Sequence record: NC_047995.1
Strand: one strand, 5' to 3'
DNA: 64,000 nt
The notes under the pieces are model-generated. The model searched no databases and was not told where the DNA came from. It saw only the letters and a list, made by a program, of their open reading frames with translations. The first letter of the stretch is position 1; every line of letters begins with the position of its first letter. Made by a program: the position numbers and the translations under genes. Shown piece after piece: positions 26,039 through 35,809 of this stretch.

Positions 26039-26486
26039 ACGAGTCGATAATGTCCAGGGCCTGCTCTACGATAGGTCGGAGTTTCTTGTCCAACTTACGC
26101 AGTGCCTTATCCGCTTTAAACCATTTGCGTTCACGGGTCAGGGCTTCATCGTACTCGGTCAACATGGTCTTGACCTTCATGACGAACCATTCAACGTGTT
26201 GCTCACGGCCGGTCTTGCCTTTGACGTAACGCATGATATCTACGAAGTCTTTAGGCTTACCAAGAACACCAGCTTCTTCCATTGCTTCTTTAAGCGCACT
26301 GTCGAGTGCAGTCATTCCCTTTTCAACGCCGCCTTTTGGGAGACCCCAATTGCCTGCGTGAGTTGTACGGATGAGCAAGAGTTCAACCGTACCATCCTTT
26401 TTCTTGCGATATGGGATGACGCCAGACTGCTTACGAGGCTTCTTCTCGCTAGGCAGCTTGGCGGACAATGACACGTCGATCATCAT
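26028..26486 (-). CDS. Nudix hydrolase (152 aa)
   Basis: Nudix box GGVEKGMTALDSALKEAMEEAG preceded by WGLPKG. Confidence 0.93.
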   Translation of the reverse strand: MMIDVSLSAKLPSEKKPRKQSGVIPYRKKKDGTVELLLIRTTHAGNWGLPKGGVEKGMTALDSALKEAMEEAGVLGKPKDFVDIMRYVKGKTGREQHVEWFVMKVKTMLTEYDEALTRERKWFKADKALRKLDKKLRPIVEQALDIIDSYGL

Positions 26487-26986
26487 AATGAATCAAGGCC
26501 TCTCGGCAGGTCAACGTCCCACGAGCCAGCGTTGTCTTTCCACAGACCCTGATTCTGTAACTCCTGATAAGCATCATAGAGCGACACGCGAGCCTGCACA
26601 GAGATTTCGTTGATACCAGCAGCACCCATACTGTAGCTGTACATGCAGCCTGGGAAGTATTGTGTGCGACTAGCTTCGTGGGAGTCGAATACGATCTGGC
26701 CTTCGCTGTTAGATACGACAGCATGAGAAGCCATACCACCATGACCGAGAATAACGATATCATATTCAGGGTGCTGTTTGTAGCAGCGTTGAACGAACTC
26801 GGCGACTTCTGCAAATGGTCGAGCTACGGCAGCAGCGCGATTGCAGTTGAACTGGGCAGCAGACTCAGACAGAGAGCGAGCGCCAGTAAGGTTCATGGCC
26901 GAGGCAAAGATAAGAGTTGCGAGCGATTCAGGCTCAACGGCAGTGGGGAAAAACTTTGTGCCCCACGCTTGTGATAGCGAAAGCAT
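26483..26986 (-). CDS. Hypothetical protein (167 aa)
   Basis: AAGGAG RBS; coupled to the Nudix gene. Confidence 0.7.
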   Translation of the reverse strand: MLSLSQAWGTKFFPTAVEPESLATLIFASAMNLTGARSLSESAAQFNCNRAAAVARPFAEVAEFVQRCYKQHPEYDIVILGHGGMASHAVVSNSEGQIVFDSHEASRTQYFPGCMYSYSMGAAGINEISVQARVSLYDAYQELQNQGLWKDNAGSWDVDLPRGLDSL

Positions 26987-27015
26987 GGACGTCTCCTTAT
27001 ACGATAGTCTCAGCT

Positions 27016-27023
27016 AAATTAGT
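27016..27023 (-). promoter_or_regulatory. Putative late-promoter variant ACTAATTT
   Basis: 7/8 match, intergenic, 30 nt before the 26986 start. Confidence 0.5.
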
Positions 27024-27027
27024 GTGC

Positions 27028-27318
27028 TTAGTCTTCTGGGCAGATAAGCACCTGACGACGATTCTTCATAAAGTCGCTCGGAGCTGGACCGCCGATAACT
27101 ACAGCGTGTTTGATACGATGCTTAGGCGGACGCGTAGACACATTGCAGCCGATATGCGACAGCGCGGCCATAGCCTGTGAAGTGGCAGCGCCTGTGATAA
27201 CCAGAGTGTGCGCAAAGAAAGGTTTGCCCACTTTCTTCATTGTTCGTTGCATAAGCTGGTGGATGCGCTCACACTCCGCATGTGTTGGCTTGCGCGAGCA
27301 GTACACGTCGAATGTCAT
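27028..27318 (-). CDS. Hypothetical protein (96 aa)
   Basis: GGAG RBS, ATGA coupling. Confidence 0.65.
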   Translation of the reverse strand: MTFDVYCSRKPTHAECERIHQLMQRTMKKVGKPFFAHTLVITGAATSQAMAALSHIGCNVSTRPPKHRIKHAVVIGGPAPSDFMKNRRQVLICPED

Positions 27319-28040
27319 TTGCCCTCTCCTTTGATGCTCAGAATACCGTTGAAAACACTGAACTTATCAGAGAAATGGCTGACCACATTACCGAAACTAT
27401 GCACATCGCCATGGCCGCCGTAAGGATTAAAATCTGCGATGTTGACGTGCAGATGCGTTGAACTGATGGGGTTGGTGCCTGTTTCTTTAATGAAGATGGT
27501 ATGGCCATCATAACGATGCTTATCAGTAAAGAGCACACCCATGTTAGACCACGTATTGGAGCTGGACTCCAGCACGAAGACAGACGCCTGGTAAAACTTC
27601 GCTCCCAGGTCTGGTGCCGTGTCTTGGACGTAGTGGTAATCTTCATGATCAGCAACGACCAAGTCCACAGTAATGAGTTCCGCTTCATTTCGACGGTTGC
27701 GGAGCCAGCTCTGCATACAGCGCGTAAAGTAGTCAGCCATTGCGCAACAAATGCAGCTACGGTTCGACGGGTCTTTTTCGGCGCGTGGGATTGCAGTGAT
27801 ACTGCGGTCGGAGTATTTCCATGTGACATGATCAGTTACCAGATTACCAGATTGAAACTCGAACTCCTCGTCATTGATAACGAAGATGTTGCGGCGTTGC
27901 ATTGCGATGTTCGACAATACATGGGCCGCGCTGTTTTGCAAGCCCATAGGATATTGAAGTAACACGCGAGCAGTGACGACACGAGGAACCCCGTTTTCGA
28001 GGTAAGCGAAGTTCATCGTGCGGTGCGCTACAGAAAGCAT
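27315..28040 (-). CDS. Hypothetical protein (241 aa)
   Basis: AAGGA RBS; fills the gap; no recognised family. Confidence 0.7.
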   Translation of the reverse strand: MLSVAHRTMNFAYLENGVPRVVTARVLLQYPMGLQNSAAHVLSNIAMQRRNIFVINDEEFEFQSGNLVTDHVTWKYSDRSITAIPRAEKDPSNRSCICCAMADYFTRCMQSWLRNRRNEAELITVDLVVADHEDYHYVQDTAPDLGAKFYQASVFVLESSSNTWSNMGVLFTDKHRYDGHTIFIKETGTNPISSTHLHVNIADFNPYGGHGDVHSFGNVVSHFSDKFSVFNGILSIKGEGK

Positions 28041-28050
28041 GGTACGTCCT

Positions 28051-28839
28051 TTAGTTCAGGTTGATAGTCTGTCCATTTACAGTTACTTCCTGACCTGCAT
28101 CGATCTTAACGGCGCCTTTCACGTCAAGCACGTCATCACCTTTGACCGTGATTTTGCGACTACCACCAATCTCAACAGTCTGGTTGCCTGTGATCTTAGT
28201 GTACTGATTGCCTGCGTCGTTCTTGGCTGTACCCTTGAACTTGATGCGCTTCTTCGGGTCTGGCTTCAAGGACTTAGGCGTCATCACAGGGTCATTCAGA
28301 ATGTAGTCAGGGATATCGCCCTTACTGCCCGTGATAACCAGTTGCTGATTGCCTACGATAGTCTGGTTAACGTCGCCCATGATCGTCATGTTGAAGTCAC
28401 CAGAGGTAACGAGGAAGTGCTCGTTAGTCAGACGGTCGATAATCAACTGTGTACCTGTAGACAGTCGCACACCAATACGATGCGGATAGTTAACAAGGAA
28501 CTCGGGCAGAATATCCTGTTCTGTCATACGCACGTTGGTGCTGTACATGCCTTCGTGCAATTGACCAGTGGGGAACTTCACGTTGACTTTAGCGCCACGC
28601 GTCGGAATGAATGACGAGCCGAACACAACGCCTTGATTACCGCCCTTGAGCCCTTCGAGATGACCGACAGCAGGACGAATCCAGGGAATCATTTCATCGG
28701 CAATGTCATCAGTCAAGCCCATGATACGCGCACGAATCTGACCGATGTGTCGAGGGTCGTTGTTGTCTATAACGATAGCCTCATAGTCCATTTGAGGGTC
28801 AATGCCTTTCTTGGCGTTCACACTATTCAGAGGAATCAT
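28051..28839 (-). CDS. Baseplate central spike, gp5/VgrG-like OB fold plus short beta-helix, no lysozyme (262 aa)
   Basis: YEAIVIDNNDPRHIGQIRARI..IPW..PTRGAKVNVKFPTG; C-terminal GNQ repeats. Confidence 0.85.
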   Translation of the reverse strand: MIPLNSVNAKKGIDPQMDYEAIVIDNNDPRHIGQIRARIMGLTDDIADEMIPWIRPAVGHLEGLKGGNQGVVFGSSFIPTRGAKVNVKFPTGQLHEGMYSTNVRMTEQDILPEFLVNYPHRIGVRLSTGTQLIIDRLTNEHFLVTSGDFNMTIMGDVNQTIVGNQQLVITGSKGDIPDYILNDPVMTPKSLKPDPKKRIKFKGTAKNDAGNQYTKITGNQTVEIGGSRKITVKGDDVLDVKGAVKIDAGQEVTVNGQTINLN

Positions 28840-30731
28840 TTGTTCACCCGTGGCATATACATTTCAAGTTTCTCACCGTCAGGCGTACCGTTCTTGCTTG
28901 AGCCGTCTACAGTACCATCGCCGAGTGAGCACAGGAAGTTACGCAGGTTCTCTTCCTGCTGGCGAATGAGCTGGCTCAGGTTTGTGCTAGGCCCGAGTAG
29001 CTTGCTGATAGACATAGCATCAAGGCACTTGTCCGGCAGCGCATCCGACATCATGCGATTCATGTCGTCCAGCTTGTTACTGACGCAGCGCTGGTTGATT
29101 TGAGGACCGTCGAGATACTCAGCAGGGATATCACCGTTAGCGATCAGGCCGTTCACGTCATTAGTGAATCCGCCAAGCATGTTCTCCATGCTGTCCAGAC
29201 GCGAAGCAAGACCATCGAGTATGCCGCCCTTGTAGTTGATAGCAAGGTTGACGCTCAACTTCTCCAGACTGTTCAGCACGTTACAGATACCTGTCAGGTA
29301 CTTGGCCATGTTGAACTCTTGCATAAGCGCATTCAGGTAGTCAACACCTTCACCGTACTTTGCAGCAAGCTCTGGGAATTTGAATGCCTCAGAGTCTGTC
29401 TGGAACTGATCGAGCATGACGTTGAGTTGCAGATCATGTTGTTGCGATATCCAGTCGATTGGGTTTGAACCATCGAGCGCCTGTTTGATGTTCGCGTTAA
29501 TCTGGAACGGACGCAGAACGTTGGCCACAGTAGACAACGGAGTCTGGATAATGTTAGCGCCACCGCCAATATTTGACGTACCCTCAACAGGAGTGAAGTT
29601 ACGTGACAGCAGGAATGCTTCGCTATACATGCCTCCAGTGAACACGCGAGTACGACCAATGACAAGCCACTTGCCTGACACCTTAACGTCAGTTTCTACT
29701 TCACGGCTACCGTTAATCACACCAGCAGTCACTTCGACAATATCAAAGATATCGACTTCTGGGCAGCCGCCTAATATAAGAGCACGGGCTGTCTCGGTGT
29801 AAGCCATCGACTGGCGCTTGTTGTTGTAGTACGCTTCCATGTACTTGTCGTGGATGTTGATATCGTTGGTAGGTCTGGCGTATGCCTTACGCGCACCAGC
29901 AATGTCACCACGCGTGTCACTGTTAATGTTCAGAGGGTCACGGCCTTTGACGGTCACGGTAGACAGTTCGTTTGTCTTACCTTTCGAGTCAGCCCACAAC
30001 AGCTTCTCGCCGTAGTTCGACATGCCGTTGAAGATACCACTCATGGACTTCGGTCGGAACTCATGCAGGTTATAGATAGGACTATCGCCTGTAGGCTTGT
30101 GGTTGAACAGCCAGTAAGCCTTAGGGTCTTCGTCAAACAGCTTGTTGATATCACGCACGACCATGCGCTTATCAGCAGTGATGAACATCTTAGGCAGGGC
30201 TTCTTCACCTGCCCACATGTGCTGTTCGATTTCGTGTGCGAACTTCTTCGGAGAGCACGTAGCAGATACCCAGCTCATGATATCTTTCGTTTGCAGATCA
30301 CCGAAGTCAGGAGTCAAGCCTCCGAAAGAGGCCACTTGTTTTAATGCGTCAAGGGATGTACCGCGAATGGAGAAACTGCGCGTGTCGAATAGGAAAGCAG
30401 GAGCGTCGAGAGCGCACAGCACGTTAAGCATCTGGGAACCACCCTCACCGTATTCCCTTACAGCAAAAACAGAGAACGTGAAAGTAGACGCTGATTCGCT
30501 ATCAGGTCCCATTACCAATGTCAGCTTCGTGCCGTCCACAATCGCGTGGGTAGAGCGTAGTACGTTCGTCTGGTCAGAGAATACGATCAGAGCGCAGGGC
30601 ACAGCGAATGTGTTTTCAAACACATGGACGGAACGAATAAGATTCGGCATAGACGGCGGTGCTTTACCGTCTAACAAAAGACCAAAGAAGCCTTGGTCCT
30701 TTACGCCGCCAGATGTAGCTTGGTCAGCCAT
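28836..30731 (-). CDS. Baseplate hub protein, gp27/late-control-D-like (631 aa)
   Basis: Position before the spike; SVHVFENTF..IVDGTKL; SGKWLVIGRTRVF. Confidence 0.65.
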   Translation of the reverse strand: MADQATSGGVKDQGFFGLLLDGKAPPSMPNLIRSVHVFENTFAVPCALIVFSDQTNVLRSTHAIVDGTKLTLVMGPDSESASTFTFSVFAVREYGEGGSQMLNVLCALDAPAFLFDTRSFSIRGTSLDALKQVASFGGLTPDFGDLQTKDIMSWVSATCSPKKFAHEIEQHMWAGEEALPKMFITADKRMVVRDINKLFDEDPKAYWLFNHKPTGDSPIYNLHEFRPKSMSGIFNGMSNYGEKLLWADSKGKTNELSTVTVKGRDPLNINSDTRGDIAGARKAYARPTNDINIHDKYMEAYYNNKRQSMAYTETARALILGGCPEVDIFDIVEVTAGVINGSREVETDVKVSGKWLVIGRTRVFTGGMYSEAFLLSRNFTPVEGTSNIGGGANIIQTPLSTVANVLRPFQINANIKQALDGSNPIDWISQQHDLQLNVMLDQFQTDSEAFKFPELAAKYGEGVDYLNALMQEFNMAKYLTGICNVLNSLEKLSVNLAINYKGGILDGLASRLDSMENMLGGFTNDVNGLIANGDIPAEYLDGPQINQRCVSNKLDDMNRMMSDALPDKCLDAMSISKLLGPSTNLSQLIRQQEENLRNFLCSLGDGTVDGSSKNGTPDGEKLEMYMPRVNK

Positions 30732-30733
30732 GA

Positions 30734-31198
30734 TTAACCCTCAGCATCAAGCTCAATCGCAATGGCTTTAAGTTTCGCTGCAAGCAACTTCAATTCAGAA
30801 GACTTGGCCTGCATATTAAAGCCACCGCGACCTGGCTTGATTTCAGAATCGTTTTTGGTGTTGTACCACTTACGCACTTCAACGACACGGTTACCGGCAT
30901 CATCGTCAGCGAGGTCAACAGATAAGAAGCCATGCGGACCAATTTGAATACGAAACAGCTCAGGCTCGGAAGTCTCTTTGCGAGTCTTCTTCGGTTCTTC
31001 TGCCTTAGCTTTCTTCTTCTCTTTCGGTCGCTTGAGTTCAGCGTCTTTACCTGTCAGGGGCTTATCCGCCTTCTTGGCTTTCTTCTCTTTGACACGCTTG
31101 AGTTCAGCCGCCTGTTCAGCTAAAGGCTTATCGCGCTTCAACGCCCTCTTGATCTTCTTCGCCGTCTCACCAACAATTTTGCCGTTAACCATTGCCAT
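30734..31198 (-). CDS. PC4/YdbC-like ssDNA-binding domain with a Lys-rich N-terminal arm (154 aa)
   Basis: VVEVRKWYNTK..KPGRGGFNM matches the PC4 motif; N-terminal half is Lys/Glu-rich. Confidence 0.7.
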   Translation of the reverse strand: MAMVNGKIVGETAKKIKRALKRDKPLAEQAAELKRVKEKKAKKADKPLTGKDAELKRPKEKKKAKAEEPKKTRKETSEPELFRIQIGPHGFLSVDLADDDAGNRVVEVRKWYNTKNDSEIKPGRGGFNMQAKSSELKLLAAKLKAIAIELDAEG

Positions 31199-31491
31199 TA
31201 TATTTGCGTCCTCTTAACTTTTTTGATTGCAGCACTAGGCCGCTTTTGCGGGAGCAGAACGAGCATCCCCGCTTTAAGCTCAGAGGGGTGCATCAGTGCG
31301 TTCGCCACCAGTATGAAATTCCAGTAGACGTTGCTGCCGTAGCTGTCTACTGACAATAGTTGGGGATTGCCTTCCATTGAAGCGTCAATGCGTCTGGACG
31401 TTCCCGTCTGCGCTGCATCAACATCATCGAACAACTTCATGGACAGAGGGTCAATCCCCCACTTGTCGATTACTGCGAGTGTTTCAGCCAT
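31198..31491 (-). CDS. LysM/gp53-like baseplate wedge protein (97 aa)
   Basis: SYGSNVYWNFILVANALMHPSELKAGMLVLLP. Confidence 0.8.
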   Translation of the reverse strand: MAETLAVIDKWGIDPLSMKLFDDVDAAQTGTSRRIDASMEGNPQLLSVDSYGSNVYWNFILVANALMHPSELKAGMLVLLPQKRPSAAIKKVKRTQI

Positions 31492-32285
31492 TTACGCAGG
31501 TCCTCCCTCGTTACAGCGAAGTAGCTACTTACCTGAAGGATGAAGTCAACGCTGATAGGATTCCCTGTACCATCTTCCCACACGTTGTCGAAGTTAGCAT
31601 TCACGCTATCGACTACGCACGGACTCATGGAGAAGAAATTACCAATATCAACAAAGAAGGCTTCACTGTCTTCGAGTATGCCATTCATCGCGGCGTTAGC
31701 AGCATCAGCACTTGCACCAGAAGCCGCAATCGTCATAGTCTCCATACTGACAGACTTCAACGGGCTTGGGCCAGGTGGAAGTAACAGGCCACCGTTCTCA
31801 GAAGGAGCACACAGAGACAGAAGGTTGATGGTCGTATCAACTACTTCGGTCTTCGTATCGGAATAGGCATCAACGAAGATAGGGAGTTCCACAGTCAGAT
31901 AACTAGGACCTCCCCACACGCGAGCACTCGCCAACTTGTGCATTGAACTGGCGCCCGCAAACTTGAGCGCCTTATCCATAGCACCTGCGTTATTACCTAC
32001 GAAGGAACCAGCAGCACCGAGCTTACCGCCGAACGTATTAGCTACCGCGTTACCACCAGCACCTATCACATCAGCAACAGACGTGTTAGCGAACGGTGCA
32101 TCCCATTGGGAAGACAGGCTGAATGCAAAGTCAGGCGGGATGAACCCTGTGAACTGGATAGTACCACTCTTGTTATAGATCTTGACTCGGTACATGTTAT
32201 CGACAGAGATGATATCGTCACGCGACCGAGCAGTACCTATAGCAGTGGCTTGCCCCCCATCGGCAGGCATTAAATAGTTAGCCAC
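31470..32285 (-). CDS. Probable tail-tube initiator/baseplate-tube junction protein (271 aa)
   Basis: Between the tape measure and LysM genes; tube-like beta pattern (CVVDSVNANFD..ISVDFILQV). Confidence 0.55.
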   Translation of the reverse strand: MANYLMPADGGQATAIGTARSRDDIISVDNMYRVKIYNKSGTIQFTGFIPPDFAFSLSSQWDAPFANTSVADVIGAGGNAVANTFGGKLGAAGSFVGNNAGAMDKALKFAGASSMHKLASARVWGGPSYLTVELPIFVDAYSDTKTEVVDTTINLLSLCAPSENGGLLLPPGPSPLKSVSMETMTIAASGASADAANAAMNGILEDSEAFFVDIGNFFSMSPCVVDSVNANFDNVWEDGTGNPISVDFILQVSSYFAVTREDLRKWLKHSQ

Positions 32286-32297
32286 ACAAACTCCTTA

Positions 32298-34964
32298 TCA
32301 CATATAGCCCATTGTTATCATGTTCATCATCGGGTCGTCCATGAAGATTGGAATCGAATCGAGTGAGTGACCATTCGCAGGGCTTGCGCTACTCGTACCT
32401 TTAGAGCTAGGTCGAGAGACAGCGCCGCCTTTAGGCATATTAGCAGTATCAACAGGAGGTGCAGAAGGAGCTATAGCAGCAGGTGCTTCTGTTCGAGCGA
32501 TATCGCCCTCAGTAACGAGAGGTTGTCGTTCTACAGGTGCTTCGGGCCGTGCAGTAGGCGTAATGCGATTCACATCAGGAGAAGCGAGGGCAACACGTTC
32601 TTTGAGTTGCTTATCGTAGTCCTCTTGACTGGAGCGTGGTAGCTCAGGGCCTTTGCCTGTAAGGTCTGGAACATTCTTCAGGTTACTATCAACCTGAGTA
32701 TTCGAATAGTCCTCACCGCTGCCCTTTTTCAGTTCTGGGAATCTTGCCGCAATACGCGCATCCTGCTCGGCTTCCGTCTCAGGCTTATTTACAGCTTTCT
32801 TCTTGCGTTCCGCCTCTGCAACCTTAAGCAATACGTCCTTCTCGTTCTGCGCACGGGTCGCTACAGATTGCTGCGTCTGCGCTGAACTTGACTTGAAGTA
32901 ACGATCAGTCGTCGATGCCTTGTAGTCCTGAATGGTCTTAATCAGGTCATCATCGGACATGGCGTTAACGTCTTTGCCTTGCAGTGCATTGGAGATAACG
33001 CTTGTGCCTGCACCGTACTGGACTGCCGTACTGTACATCAGCTCTTTGACACCTGCACCACGTTTCGTCAGGTCAACACCAACCTCGTTCTGCATCTTCG
33101 CAGCGAGTGGCGCATAGTGAGTACGCGTGATATAGTCCGACTGTGCTTTATCGAACTCGGCGCTGTTGTTACTCGCCACGTCTTTGTAGACAGAGTTGAA
33201 CTGCGCTGTTCCTGGTGCAAGGCCACCGAAGCGTTGTAAGAACGGTTTACCTTCAGGGCTGTTCAGGAAGTTCATCATGCTGCCGTTGTTCGTAGCAAGC
33301 TGGTGCTTACCGTAAGACACACCACCGGCATCGCCCTGACCAGTAGAGACTGTACCAACACCACGACCGCCAGACTCGAACTGTTCTGATACTGAGCCAA
33401 GACCGCCCTCTGCGATTGCACGTTGAGCGATATCGGTTACTTGTTTGCTGTCCATACGACGAGCAGGCTGTGCTCTCATAGGACCTGCGTAAGTACCAGC
33501 ACCAGAGCCAGGCATCGCACCCATACCACCGAAGTTGAAAGGCATTATCGACGGAGCAGGGAACTTCGCTTTGTTCTGGTTCTCGGCTGTAGTGTCGTTG
33601 TACTCGTCCATCTTCTCTTTGCGATCTTTCTCACCATCAGCAAGCATCTTGTCTGATTCATCGGTGATCTTGTCCGCAACGTACTCACCTATAGAGCTTC
33701 CGAAGTAGTCACCCAGTATCCCGCCAAGCAGGCCGCCAAGAGCAGCACCAGCAGCAGTACCGACGACAGGAACCACGGAGCCAAGCGCGCCACCAATCCA
33801 GGCACCAGCAATAGCGCCACCACCACCAGCAGCGGCACCACCGATAGCAGAGCCGGCAGCTTTCTTCTTCTCATGCGACTTCTCTTGTTTTGTAAGTGTC
33901 TCGTCTGCGTCGATGTGTTGAGTCTCGTTCGCATACGTCAATCCATTACCGAGAGCAGGGCCTATGATAGGAATCTTCTTCGATGCGCCCGCAAGTAACA
34001 GACTTGCACCAGCTACAGCAGCATCTTGCGCTTCGGACGGAGGCTTGGGTGCATCACCCTTAGCAGCTTCTTCTGCGCGTTGTACTTCTGGTGCTTGTAC
34101 GATAGGCTGAGGAGTTTGTTCAGTAGGCGCAGCACTAGGTGCACCTGCACCTTCGTTCTCTGCGTTCTGTTCTTCAAACTTCTCGTTAGCGCGGTTCTTC
34201 AACCACAGACCACCGCCAACAGCAGCGCCCAATGCGAGAGCGAGACCCAGCTTGCCTTTAATCTTACCGAAACGACTACGACGAGGCAGGTTACGACCAG
34301 GACCTCTTCGCTCACCACGATTGCGTCCATAACGTCTACCACGACGACGATTGCGTTCATCAGGACCTACATCAGGACCGCCACCGTCATTGTTGTTATC
34401 AGGACCTTGATCATTGCCTGCATCAGGACCTGTGTTCGGTCCACCCGCACCGGGCTGATTACCGTGTGGGTCAGACTTGGCGCGGTTCTTCTCTTTGAAT
34501 GCTTCGCGCTTCTCCCACTCAAGCCAATCTTCGAGGGCTTTCTGCGTCTTGGTTGAGACTGCATTGCCCTCTTTGATGGCAGATACAATGTCCTCACCAG
34601 ACTTCTCACCTGCAATGAACAGGTCTTCCAGTGCGGATTCTACTTCACGAGGATTCGGCTGTTGTGCTACTGCGCGGGGTGCAGGTTGAGTAGAGTCGTT
34701 GCTACTGTCCTGAACGTAACGCACACGCGTGTTGGCCATCTTCTCACGCAAGGCCTTAGCAGCACGGTTCTTAGCGCGAGAGCCTGGCCCCACATATACA
34801 ACGTCCTCGTCGTACATCTCTGGATCGTAATCGTCTACCGAGTCATTAGCAGGTTTACGTTTACGTTTGCTCTTAGGCATACCAGCGACGGAGGAACTAA
34901 CGCTATCCGCATGTTCGATCATTAGTTCGAGTGCGGTTAGTTCTTTCTCTTGGGGCTTAGCCAT
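32298..34964 (-). CDS. Tape-measure-like protein with a VgrG3-type muramidase domain (888 aa)
   Basis: Downstream of tube chaperones; Gly-zipper hydrophobic segments; SEQFESGG..VSTGQGDAGGVSYGKHQL. Confidence 0.7.
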   Translation of the reverse strand: MAKPQEKELTALELMIEHADSVSSSVAGMPKSKRKRKPANDSVDDYDPEMYDEDVVYVGPGSRAKNRAAKALREKMANTRVRYVQDSSNDSTQPAPRAVAQQPNPREVESALEDLFIAGEKSGEDIVSAIKEGNAVSTKTQKALEDWLEWEKREAFKEKNRAKSDPHGNQPGAGGPNTGPDAGNDQGPDNNNDGGGPDVGPDERNRRRGRRYGRNRGERRGPGRNLPRRSRFGKIKGKLGLALALGAAVGGGLWLKNRANEKFEEQNAENEGAGAPSAAPTEQTPQPIVQAPEVQRAEEAAKGDAPKPPSEAQDAAVAGASLLLAGASKKIPIIGPALGNGLTYANETQHIDADETLTKQEKSHEKKKAAGSAIGGAAAGGGGAIAGAWIGGALGSVVPVVGTAAGAALGGLLGGILGDYFGSSIGEYVADKITDESDKMLADGEKDRKEKMDEYNDTTAENQNKAKFPAPSIMPFNFGGMGAMPGSGAGTYAGPMRAQPARRMDSKQVTDIAQRAIAEGGLGSVSEQFESGGRGVGTVSTGQGDAGGVSYGKHQLATNNGSMMNFLNSPEGKPFLQRFGGLAPGTAQFNSVYKDVASNNSAEFDKAQSDYITRTHYAPLAAKMQNEVGVDLTKRGAGVKELMYSTAVQYGAGTSVISNALQGKDVNAMSDDDLIKTIQDYKASTTDRYFKSSSAQTQQSVATRAQNEKDVLLKVAEAERKKKAVNKPETEAEQDARIAARFPELKKGSGEDYSNTQVDSNLKNVPDLTGKGPELPRSSQEDYDKQLKERVALASPDVNRITPTARPEAPVERQPLVTEGDIARTEAPAAIAPSAPPVDTANMPKGGAVSRPSSKGTSSASPANGHSLDSIPIFMDDPMMNMITMGYM

Positions 34965-34966
34965 GA

Positions 34967-35809
34967 TTAACCTCTACGACCTCGCTGTGCAGCCAGTGCA
35001 AGCGCTCGCTGTTCTTCGGCCTTGTTCTTATCGTGAACGTAAGCACTATGCCAGTACAGCAATTTGTTGATCGTTATATTGTCCGGCACGTAGATGTTCT
35101 TGGCACTGGCGAGGTCCAGCGTCATGTTCATCATAGACGTATCGGAGAACACACGGAAGTAACCTAAGATATCGATCGGATTCTTGTAGTTATACGTGCG
35201 GAAGCATTTGTTGCACTTGTGGACAGTAGACAGTTCGCAACTAACATACACATGGTTTCCTGCGTTCATCAGTTCGATAGGGTCTGCATAGTCCAGCGTC
35301 TGCAACAGAGGCAGGTCGCTATCAATGTACATCGCGTTCATGACCTGAGTGCGGTCACGATCTTCCGCAAGTAACTCCGCATCAATCCAGCGTTGAACGG
35401 TAGGATGGCGCAAGCCTTGAGGAAGGTCGCGCCATTTGTGAGCCACTACGTTCTGCTTCATGACCTCTTCGGTGTTAAGCATGTTGCAATCTACTTCTAC
35501 GAATTTGCAACCACGTGGCCTGTCGTAGAAACGTTCTCCTCGCATATCAACGAAGAACGTTTGTGTGCATCGCCATTCGTACAGACGGTGCGACTGCGGC
35601 CAACTATTTCTGTCGAACATCGCCAGCATGTAACGGAAGTCTTCGAGGTACATCTCTCTGATCTTCACGTTGGTGAAGCGTTGCAGCGTATCGACAAAGA
35701 GTTCAGGCAGTCTATGCTTCTGGGCGTTGAACAGGCTGGACATTGCGTCCGCAGTGACCTGTTCTATACGCGCATCGGACCTGCCTGATGGAAGATAGAT
35801 CTCTAACAT
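34967..35809 (-). CDS. gp26-like hub/tail assembly chaperone with a Zn-ribbon (about 280 aa)
   Basis: IYLPSG..EMYLEDFRYML..WRC..CNKC; ATG at 35809 in a TAATG overlap. Confidence 0.6.
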   Translation of the reverse strand: MLEIYLPSGRSDARIEQVTADAMSSLFNAQKHRLPELFVDTLQRFTNVKIREMYLEDFRYMLAMFDRNSWPQSHRLYEWRCTQTFFVDMRGERFYDRPRGCKFVEVDCNMLNTEEVMKQNVVAHKWRDLPQGLRHPTVQRWIDAELLAEDRDRTQVMNAMYIDSDLPLLQTLDYADPIELMNAGNHVYVSCELSTVHKCNKCFRTYNYKNPIDILGYFRVFSDTSMMNMTLDLASAKNIYVPDNITINKLLYWHSAYVHDKNKAEEQRALALAAQRGRRG

